A DNA stretch of 64,000 bases from the NCBI GenBank assembly GCA_041611735.1, contig JBFIML010000004.1, forward strand, positions 1 through 64,000, read 5' to 3'. The notes under the pieces were generated by a model that searched no databases, was not told the DNA's origin, and worked only from the letters and a program-made list of their open reading frames with translations. The stretch comes from Myxococcota bacterium. GTDB lineage: Bacteria; Myxococcota_A; UBA9160; PR03. The position numbers and the translations under genes are program-made. Below are positions 1 through 7,553 of the stretch, in pieces (position 1 is the first letter of the stretch; each line of letters opens with the position of its first letter).

Positions 1-1
1 C

Positions 2-1162
2 CCGGCGCCGACGCCCGGCGTCGAGCCGCTGGGTGCCGTGCTGGCCGAGCCGGCGCCCACGCCGGATGTGCGCCTCGAGGGCCCGAACGATCCGCTCCAG
101 ATCATCTACACCTCGGGAACCACGGGAGACCCCAAGGGCGTCGTGTTTCCCAACGCCCGCTTCGGGATGTTCGCGCTGCTCGGCGGCCTGCTCGGCTACC
201 GCTCCGACGAGCGTCCCTACACCGGGCTCTCGCTCACCCACGGCAATGCCCAGGCGGTGACGCTCGCCCCTTCGCTGCGGATGGGCCTGCGGGCGGTCCT
301 GAGCCGCCGCTTCACCAAGTCGAAGCTATGGGACGTCTGCCGCACCCACGGCTGCACCACGTTCTCGCTGCTCGGCGGCATGGCCACCGCGATCTACAGC
401 GAGCCCGCGCGTCCCGACGACGCGGACAATCCCGTGCGCATGGTCGTGAGTGCCGGGATGCCGGCCGCGCTCTGGGCCGACTTCGAGCGGCGCTTCCGGG
501 TCGGGATCTTCGAGTGGTATGGGGCCGTGGAGGGAGGGCTCGCCTTCAAGCCCATCGGCGAGGGCCCGCTCGGATCCTTCGGCAAGCCCGCTCCCGGGCT
601 CGAGATGAAGATCCTCGACGAGAGCGACCGCGAGTGCCCGCCGGGCGTGGTCGGCGAAATCTGCTCTCGCCCGGCGGGCGGGGGACGCCCGTCGGTCGAG
701 TACCACGCCGATCCCCAGGCATCGGCGCGCAAGACGCGGCGCGGCTGGCTGCGCAGCGGCGACATGGGCCACACCGACACCGACGGCTGGTTCTTCTTCG
801 ACCACCGCAAGGGCGGCGGGATCCGTCACAATGGCGACTTCGTCAATCCCGGCTTCGTGGAAAAGGTGATCGCCGAGCACCCCGGCGTGTCGGACGTCTT
901 CGTGTACGGCGTCCCCGCAGCCTCCGGGGCGCCCGGCGAGAAGGACGTCGTGGCCGCGGTGGTTCCGGTGGCGGAGGTGGGTTTCTCGCCGGCCTCCGTG
1001 TTCGAGGCCTGCCGCAAGAGCCTCGAGTCGAACTTCGTACCCACCTATCTCCAGGTGGTGGACGAGATCCCGAAGACCGCCTCGGAGAAGCCCCAGGAGC
1101 GCTTCCTGCTCGAGCGGTTCTCAGCCGGCGCTGCGAACGTGCACACCGAGACCCGCGCCTGA
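2..1162 (+). CDS. AMP-binding acyl-CoA synthetase/ligase (CaiC-like), 5'-truncated by the window edge
   Basis: YTSGTTGDPKG AMP-binding motif, YGAVE, SGDMG and C-terminal IPKTASEK; the frame is open back to the window start. Confidence 0.9.
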   Translation, partial: PAPTPGVEPLGAVLAEPAPTPDVRLEGPNDPLQIIYTSGTTGDPKGVVFPNARFGMFALLGGLLGYRSDERPYTGLSLTHGNAQAVTLAPSLRMGLRAVLSRRFTKSKLWDVCRTHGCTTFSLLGGMATAIYSEPARPDDADNPVRMVVSAGMPAALWADFERRFRVGIFEWYGAVEGGLAFKPIGEGPLGSFGKPAPGLEMKILDESDRECPPGVVGEICSRPAGGGRPSVEYHADPQASARKTRRGWLRSGDMGHTDTDGWFFFDHRKGGGIRHNGDFVNPGFVEKVIAEHPGVSDVFVYGVPAASGAPGEKDVVAAVVPVAEVGFSPASVFEACRKSLESNFVPTYLQVVDEIPKTASEKPQERFLLERFSAGAANVHTETRA

Positions 1163-1204
1163 GCCCGCTGACGGGGCACTGGAGCGACTGCGAGAGGAGG
1201 AGTG

Positions 1205-4003
1205 ATGGCAGCGACGACGGGCACCTGGGCGGACGGCTACCGGAAGCGCTGGACCTGGGATCGGGTCACCTGGGGAAGTCACGCGGTGGACTGCTACCCG
1301 GGCGGCTGCCCCTGGCGCATCTACAGCAGGGACGGGCGAATCGTCCGCGAGGAGCAGGCCGGCTCGCTGCTCCCGGTCGAGCCCGGCATACCGGACATGA
1401 ACCCGATGGGCTGCCAGAAGGGCGCCTGCTGGAGCCACTGCCACTACTCGCCCGACCGTGTCACCCGTCCCCTCAAGCGCGTCGGCAAGCGTGGCGAGGG
1501 CAAGTTCGTGGCAGTCTCCTGGGACGAAGCACTCTCCGACATCGCCGACGCGATGCTCGACGCCATCCAAGAGCAGGGACCAGCCTCGATCATCACGCTC
1601 TTCACGCCGGAGCCGGGCGCGGCCCCGGCGCGGGTCTTCGCGGAAGCGCTCGGGCTCCCCATGACCGACGGCAATGCCGAGTTCCAGGACTTCAGTCCCG
1701 GCTGGCACCTGACCTGGGGGCTCTTCAATCCCACCTCCAGCATGGACGACTGGTTCCTGGCGGAGCTGACGCTCATCTGGCATGCGAATCCCGTCTACAC
1801 CAACATCCACTGGTATCACTATCTGGCCGAGTCCCGCTACAACGGCGGCGAGATCGTCACGATCGCGCCCGACTACAGCCCCTCCGCCATCCACGCCGAC
1901 CACCATCAGCCGATCCGCATCGGCACCGACGCGGCGCTCGCCCTCGGCATGTGCAAGGTGATCATCGACGCCGGACTCTACGACCGGAAGTTCGTCCAGG
2001 AGCAGACGGATCTCCCGCTCCTGGTCCGCCGGGACGACGGACGCTTCCTGCGCGGCTGCGACGTCGCCGAGGGGGACCGGGACGACCAGTTCTTCTGGTG
2101 GGACACGCTCACGGGCACGCTGGCCCCGGCTCCGCGCGGAACCCTGGCCACCACGGGCGTGGATCCTGCCCTCGAGGGAGCGCACGCCGTCCTGCTCAAG
2201 GGCGGTCGCACGGTCGACGTCGAGCCGGTGTTCGCCCGGCTGCGCCGGCATCTCCAGGCGTACACGCCGGAAAAGGCGGGAGCGATCTGCGAGATCCATC
2301 CCGACAACATCCGCAAGCTGGCACGCCAGGTCGCGACCCGGAAGACCAAGATCTTCATCGGCTGGAACTCCGGGAAGTACTACCACGGCGACCTGATGGA
2401 GCGCTCCATGGCGCTGCTCCTGGGGCTCACCGGCAACTGGGGCAAGCGGGGCACGGGGACGCGCTCCTGGGCGATCACCGGCTACGACGGGGAGGTCTTC
2501 CTGCCCCAGAAGCAGGGGCCGGGCCAGGAGCAGGCCCAGAAGCACATCGCCGGGATGATCGCGATGCGTCGTCTGGTCGCCCAGTCGGACCCCACCTTCA
2601 CGGCGGAGATGGTCCAGAACCGGATCGCCCGCATGGCGGCCGACCTGCGCAGCATGGGATTTCCGATGCCGCCCGCTTTCCTCTGGTACTTCCAGTACGG
2701 GTACAAGGAGCGCTGGAACGATCCCGCCAACCACGACCCCTCCATGAAGCGCACCTTCGACGAGTACGTGAACGAGGCGATCGAGAAGGGCTGGTGGGAT
2801 CCGCGCTACGCCAGCATCTACCGCGACGTCGCGCCGCGGGTGCTGTTCGAGTCGGGCGGCAACGTGCTCCGGCGTCAGCGTGGCGGTCAGAAGCTGCTGC
2901 TCGAGCACCTCTGGCCGAAGCTTCGCATGGTCGTGTCGTGCGACTACCGGCTCACGACGACGGGCCTCTATTCGGACTACGTGCTGCCGGCGGCCCAGCA
3001 CTACGAGAAGCTCGGCTTCAGCATGCCCTCCGTGCATCACCTGAACTTCGTGCTCTGTGATCGGGCTGCGCCGCCGGCCGGCGAATCCCTCCCGGATCGC
3101 GAGATCGGGATCCGCCTGCTCGAGAAGATCGAAGAGCGCGCCGCCGCGCGCGGAATGACCCGCTTCGAGACCACCAACGGCAGCGAGCAGAGCCTCGAGG
3201 GTCTGGTGGACGCGGTCACCCAGCGCGGCGCCATGCGCGACGAGGAAAAGCGCTTCGACGAGGTGGTGCGCGACAACGCCGTCTACGGCGTGCTGCCCAG
3301 GGGAACCACGCTCGAGACGCTGCGCAAGAAGGGTGCGGTGCGCTTCCTGAACTGGGGCATGGTGGGTCACGGCACCGCTCAGGGATCGACCCTGCGCCCG
3401 GACGAGGTGCACAATCCGCTGCGCTGGCACACGGAGGACAAGATCCCCTACGACACGCTCGTTCGCCGCGCACAGTTCTACATCGACCACGAGTGGTTCC
3501 TGGAGGCGGGCGAGGAGCTTCCGACCCACAAGGAGCCGCCCCCCCACGGCGGCCGCAACCGGCGCTTCCTGATGACCAGCGGCCACAACCGCTGGAGCAT
3601 CCACTCCATGAACATGACCAACGACGTGATCCTGAACACGCACCGGGGCGAGCCGTTCGCGTTCTTGAACGACCAGGATGCGCGGGACCTCGGCATCGAG
3701 AACGGCAACCGAATCCGGGTGAAGAGCGACGCGGGCGAGATGCTGATCACCGCCAAGCTCTCCCCCGCGTGCCGACATGGCCAGCTGATCGTCTACAACG
3801 GCTTCGAGCCCTACATGCACGAGGACTGGTACGGACAGGCGGACCTCGAGCCGGGACACGTGAAACACCTGGGATTCGCCGCGGGCTACGGACATCTGTG
3901 CTACCGGCCCCTGGCCTGGCAGCCGATCCCCGCCGACCGGGCGGTGAGGGTCGACGTGGAGGCGGCGGACGCAAGCACCCGCCTGCGTGCGTCAGAGGCC
4001 TGA
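1205..4003 (+). CDS. Type II DMSO-reductase-family Mo-bisPGD alpha subunit A1 (EbdA/S25dA-like), no Tat signal
   Basis: FS0 motif SHAVDCYPGGC...GCQKG; putative Mo-ligand Asp in NAEFQDFSPG; EQTDLPLLVR; GKYYHG; C-terminal GHNRWSIHS; GGAGG RBS just upstream of the ATG. Confidence 0.93.
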   Translation: MAATTGTWADGYRKRWTWDRVTWGSHAVDCYPGGCPWRIYSRDGRIVREEQAGSLLPVEPGIPDMNPMGCQKGACWSHCHYSPDRVTRPLKRVGKRGEGKFVAVSWDEALSDIADAMLDAIQEQGPASIITLFTPEPGAAPARVFAEALGLPMTDGNAEFQDFSPGWHLTWGLFNPTSSMDDWFLAELTLIWHANPVYTNIHWYHYLAESRYNGGEIVTIAPDYSPSAIHADHHQPIRIGTDAALALGMCKVIIDAGLYDRKFVQEQTDLPLLVRRDDGRFLRGCDVAEGDRDDQFFWWDTLTGTLAPAPRGTLATTGVDPALEGAHAVLLKGGRTVDVEPVFARLRRHLQAYTPEKAGAICEIHPDNIRKLARQVATRKTKIFIGWNSGKYYHGDLMERSMALLLGLTGNWGKRGTGTRSWAITGYDGEVFLPQKQGPGQEQAQKHIAGMIAMRRLVAQSDPTFTAEMVQNRIARMAADLRSMGFPMPPAFLWYFQYGYKERWNDPANHDPSMKRTFDEYVNEAIEKGWWDPRYASIYRDVAPRVLFESGGNVLRRQRGGQKLLLEHLWPKLRMVVSCDYRLTTTGLYSDYVLPAAQHYEKLGFSMPSVHHLNFVLCDRAAPPAGESLPDREIGIRLLEKIEERAAARGMTRFETTNGSEQSLEGLVDAVTQRGAMRDEEKRFDEVVRDNAVYGVLPRGTTLETLRKKGAVRFLNWGMVGHGTAQGSTLRPDEVHNPLRWHTEDKIPYDTLVRRAQFYIDHEWFLEAGEELPTHKEPPPHGGRNRRFLMTSGHNRWSIHSMNMTNDVILNTHRGEPFAFLNDQDARDLGIENGNRIRVKSDAGEMLITAKLSPACRHGQLIVYNGFEPYMHEDWYGQADLEPGHVKHLGFAAGYGHLCYRPLAWQPIPADRAVRVDVEAADASTRLRASEA

Positions 4004-4063
4004 GCGAGGAGTCTGGATTCCTGCGCATCGCTGGGGGACCGCGCCGCAGGGAAGGGACGGGTC

Positions 4064-4882
4064 ATGAAAGCGATTCAGGGCATCAGCCTGGTGGATGTGA
4101 GTACGGTCTACGACGGCCCCGAGGTCGACCTGTGGGAGCTCGTGATGGGTCAGCAGGTCCACATCGGCGGCTTCCGGTCGTCGATGGAGCTGGCCGAGCG
4201 CGCCGGCGTGGGCGCGGGCCAGCGGGGCGTGGACCTCTGCTGTTGCAGCGGTGCGGGAATGCGCTTGCTGGTGCGCTTCCGCGACGTCGCCTCGATGACC
4301 GGCGTCGACGCCACGCGGACCGTGGTCGAGCGCGGCATCGCTCGAACCGACGAAGAAGGCCTTTCCGACCGAATCCGATTCGTCCGCGCGGACGCCTGCG
4401 ACACCGGCCTGCCCGATGCCCAGGCCGACTTCGTCTGGGGCGAGGACGCCTGGTGCTACGTCGTGGACAAGCCGGGGCTGGTGCGGGAGGCCGTGAGGCT
4501 CGTGCGGCCGGGAGGCACGATCGCCTTCACGGATTGGATCGAGGGCCCGACCGGCTTGGACGAAGCCGAGGCGGAGCGCCTGCTCCGCTTCATGAAGTTC
4601 CCGAACGTACAGGACTTGTTTGGCTATTCGCAGCTTCTCGAAGGAAGCGGCTGCGAGGTGGTCGAGGCCTCGGATACCGGACGCTTCGCTCCCCACATCG
4701 ATCTGTATCTCGACATGATCGACAAGCAGCTCACGTACGACGCGCTGCGCATCATCGGTTTCGACAGCAAGGCGCTCGAGGCGCTCGCCGGTGGCATGAG
4801 CTTCCTCCAGGAACTCGCCCGGGCGGGCAAGGTGGCGCAGGGACGCTTCGTCGCGCGCCGCCGCGAGGAGACGCCTCGCTAG
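4064..4882 (+). CDS. Class I SAM-dependent methyltransferase
   Basis: Motif I variant VDLCCCSGAG, GVDAT, VRADAC, LVRPGG. Confidence 0.85.
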   Translation: MKAIQGISLVDVSTVYDGPEVDLWELVMGQQVHIGGFRSSMELAERAGVGAGQRGVDLCCCSGAGMRLLVRFRDVASMTGVDATRTVVERGIARTDEEGLSDRIRFVRADACDTGLPDAQADFVWGEDAWCYVVDKPGLVREAVRLVRPGGTIAFTDWIEGPTGLDEAEAERLLRFMKFPNVQDLFGYSQLLEGSGCEVVEASDTGRFAPHIDLYLDMIDKQLTYDALRIIGFDSKALEALAGGMSFLQELARAGKVAQGRFVARRREETPR

Positions 4883-6183
4883 CGAGGGTTGCCGACGGCC
4901 TCTGAGCCTGCGGAGCCCGCTCGGCGCTCGTCCCGATGGCCGCCCGAGAGGTCGATTGCGAAGCCCCGCTCGCGCAGCAGGTCCTTGGCAATGGTGAGGG
5001 TCTGGATCTCGCTGGTTCCGGCGGCAACGGTCCACAGTTTGATGTCGCGGAAGAGCCGCTCGGGCGCGTGCTCCTGCATGTAGCCCGAGCCGCCCAGCAC
5101 CTGGACCGCCTCGAGGGCGGCCTCGACGGCCGCCTCGGTGGCATACCACTTGGCTGCACTCAATTCGCGCTCGGAGCCCTTCTGCTCGCGTTGCAGCCAG
5201 ATCAGCTTGAAGGTCAGGTTGCGCACGTTCTCGTACAGCACGTACATGCGCGCCAGCTTCTGCTGGATCAGTTGGAACGCTGCGATCGGCTTCCCGAACT
5301 GCTGGCGGTCCATGGCGAAGGCGATCGAGTCCTCGAGGCAGCGCTCGATCACCCCGAGGCACATGGCCACCACCGCGGCACGCTCGATGGCCAGCGTCCG
5401 CTCCGCCAGCGTTCGTGCCGGACGTTCGGGATCGCCGAGCAGGTGGCTGCGCGGCACCCGGCAACGCTCGAGGAAGACCTCGCCCGTGGGCGTGGCGTGC
5501 ATGCCGAGCTTCTTCATCGGCGTTCCGGTGGAGAGGCCCGGGGTGCCTCGCTCCACCACCACGGGGAAGACATGCCGCTTGTCGCGCCGGTCGCCCCCCG
5601 CGGTCTCGAGGCGCGCGTAGATCAGGAAGACGTGGGCGGCCGGCGCATTGGAGATGAAGGTCTTGCTTCCGTCGATGATTGCCTCATCCCCCTCGATGCG
5701 CACCGAGGTCTTGAGGGCGAAGGCATCGGAGCCGGAGCCGGGCTCCGTGAGCGCCCAGCAACCCACCTTCTCGAGGGTGAACACGGGGATGGCACAGCGC
5801 TCGATCAAGTCGGCGTCGCCCTTCGCAGCGATCGTGGAGCCGCAGCCGAAATTGCTCATCAGGCAGAGCGCGAGGCCGGGGCTCACGCGCGCGAGCTCCT
5901 TGGAGACGAGCGCCGAGACGGCGGGATCCCCGCCCCAAGCGTGCGCGTCGCCGTCGCGGGCCTCCACCCCCACGCTGCCTCCCTCGCGCAGGTGCTGCAC
6001 CTTCTTGCGCAGGGAGGAGCCGAGCAGAGCATCGAGGCCGAAGGTATCGGCGAACTTGCGCAGCACCGGGTACGGCGATCGCTCGCCCGACTCGATCCGG
6101 GGGACCAGCGGCTCGATCTCCCGGCGGCAGAATCCACGGATCGCGTCCTGGATGGCGAGATGGGTGTCGTCGAACTCGAACAT
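4879..6183 (-). CDS. Acyl-CoA dehydrogenase (isovaleryl-CoA dehydrogenase-type Glu placement)
   Basis: WALTEPGSGSDA, GSKTFISNA, QQFGKPI, VLGGSGY, AAGTSEIQ; start taken at MFEFDD; stop overlaps the convergent methyltransferase stop. Confidence 0.92.
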   Translation of the reverse strand: MFEFDDTHLAIQDAIRGFCRREIEPLVPRIESGERSPYPVLRKFADTFGLDALLGSSLRKKVQHLREGGSVGVEARDGDAHAWGGDPAVSALVSKELARVSPGLALCLMSNFGCGSTIAAKGDADLIERCAIPVFTLEKVGCWALTEPGSGSDAFALKTSVRIEGDEAIIDGSKTFISNAPAAHVFLIYARLETAGGDRRDKRHVFPVVVERGTPGLSTGTPMKKLGMHATPTGEVFLERCRVPRSHLLGDPERPARTLAERTLAIERAAVVAMCLGVIERCLEDSIAFAMDRQQFGKPIAAFQLIQQKLARMYVLYENVRNLTFKLIWLQREQKGSERELSAAKWYATEAAVEAALEAVQVLGGSGYMQEHAPERLFRDIKLWTVAAGTSEIQTLTIAKDLLRERGFAIDLSGGHRDERRAGSAGSEAVGNPR

Positions 6184-6271
6184 GGGCGTCGTCCCGGTTG
6201 CGGGCCTGCCGCGCCGCCGAACGACCCACCGATCTCCGGGTGGTGGATGGGTGGCCCGGCGGGCAGGCCGT

Positions 6272-6700
6272 TCACGAATCGGGCGCGCCGGCATCGAGAT
6301 CGCGATCGATCGACTCGAGGAGGTGCTCCTCCGCCTGCTCGTGCTCGTGGAAGCCGTTCCAGAGCTCGGCCAGAGCCCCCTGGGCCCGCTCCGAGTCGTT
6401 CGCTGCCAGGCCAGCGCGGACCCCTTCCAGGAGCTCGAGCAGATCGCCGTGGGCTTCCACGAGGGCGCTCAGGGCCGCCTTGCGTTGCGGCTGGAGCGCC
6501 CAGATCGAGGGGTAGTAGAGACACCCCTCCCGGTCGAAGTGCGCCTCCAGGGCTTCGCCGAGCTGCGCCAGGATCTCTCGGCTCGGCTCCCCGTCGGCAC
6601 CCCGAAGAGCCCTCCTCAGCTCCTCGAACAGAGCCTCGAGCTGGCGATGCTCCGCGGCCACCTCCCGGCGCACCCCTTGCTCCGTGTCCCAGGCCGGCAT
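6272..6700 (-). CDS. Hemerythrin (HHE) domain protein
   Basis: Helical 142 aa with EH...HFDRE...EAH...HEQAEE diiron-ligand pattern; purine-rich RBS. Confidence 0.8.
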   Translation of the reverse strand: MPAWDTEQGVRREVAAEHRQLEALFEELRRALRGADGEPSREILAQLGEALEAHFDREGCLYYPSIWALQPQRKAALSALVEAHGDLLELLEGVRAGLAANDSERAQGALAELWNGFHEHEQAEEHLLESIDRDLDAGAPDS

Positions 6701-6739
6701 TCCCTTCCCCTCTACTTACGCACGCCGAGAGGCCTCGGT

Positions 6740-6755
6740 TATGATCCCGATCATA
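6740..6755. promoter_or_regulatory. Crp/Fnr-type palindrome TATGAT-cccg-ATCATA between the divergent hemerythrin and Crp/Fnr genes
   Basis: Perfect 6-bp arms with a 4-bp spacer; the same motif recurs four more times in the island's intergenic DNA. Confidence 0.7.
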
Positions 6756-6798
6756 CAGGGGCGTGGGGCCGCAGTCACTCGCTGCCGGGTGGAGATCG

Positions 6799-7467
6799 TT
6801 GCCCGAGCAACCGGACGTCGAGATCGAACAGGCGGAGTTCTACCGGAGCTTGCGGGCGGAGCAGATGGAGCGGGTGCGCCACCACCTCCGCCCGCGCCAG
6901 TACCCGAAGCAGCGCATGCTGTTCTTCGAGGGAGAGCCGGCGGAGTACCTCTGGGCCCTGCACCGGGGAGGCGTGCGCCTGTACCGCAGCTCCCTGCAGG
7001 GACGCATCGCGACGCTGGAGACGCTGGGGCCCGGGAACGTCTTCGGCGCGCTCTCCGCCATCGAGCAGGACACCTACCCGGTCAGCGCCGAGACGCTGGG
7101 GGAGACCGTCGCCTGGCGGCTGCCGCGACGCGCTTTTCTGGGCCTCCTCGCGGAGGACCCGCGCCTCGGCCTGGAGATCCTGCGCATCGTCTCGCAGCGC
7201 CTGCGCGAGGCGCAGGCCCACCTGTTGTCCCTCGCCCATGACTCCGCCCCCACGCGCCTCGCCCGGGCGCTGCTCAACGCCACCTCGGGCAACGAGGCGC
7301 GGGTGACGCGCCGGGCGCTGGCCGAGGTGGCGGGAACCTCGGTGGAGACGGCGATCCGGGTGCTGCGGCGCTTCGAGCGCGAGGGGCTCATCCACGGCGA
7401 GATCGGACGGCTGGAGGTGCTCGACCGGCCGGCGCTCCAGCGCATCGCGGGCCAGGGCGAGGGCTGA
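6799..7467 (+). CDS. Crp/Fnr-family regulator, Cys-free (Dnr/NnrR-like)
   Basis: cNMP-like domain (LFFEGEPA, GNVFGA, YPVSA) plus HTH GTSVETAIR; TTG start chosen from GGAG at 6791 (the ORF track starts at 6763). Confidence 0.88.
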   Translation: MPEQPDVEIEQAEFYRSLRAEQMERVRHHLRPRQYPKQRMLFFEGEPAEYLWALHRGGVRLYRSSLQGRIATLETLGPGNVFGALSAIEQDTYPVSAETLGETVAWRLPRRAFLGLLAEDPRLGLEILRIVSQRLREAQAHLLSLAHDSAPTRLARALLNATSGNEARVTRRALAEVAGTSVETAIRVLRRFEREGLIHGEIGRLEVLDRPALQRIAGQGEG

Positions 7468-7481
7468 AGCGGGCCGCGGCC

Positions 7482-7497
7482 TATGACCCCTGTCATA
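7482..7497 (+). promoter_or_regulatory. Palindrome TATGAC-ccct-GTCATA upstream of the A2 operon
   Basis: Perfect arms; NANNNT hexamer CACCCT 21 nt downstream. Confidence 0.72.
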
Positions 7498-7553
7498 CCG
7501 GCGAGACGCCAGCTCACCCACCCTCCGAAGGGTTTGACCGACGGTGGCTGGAT

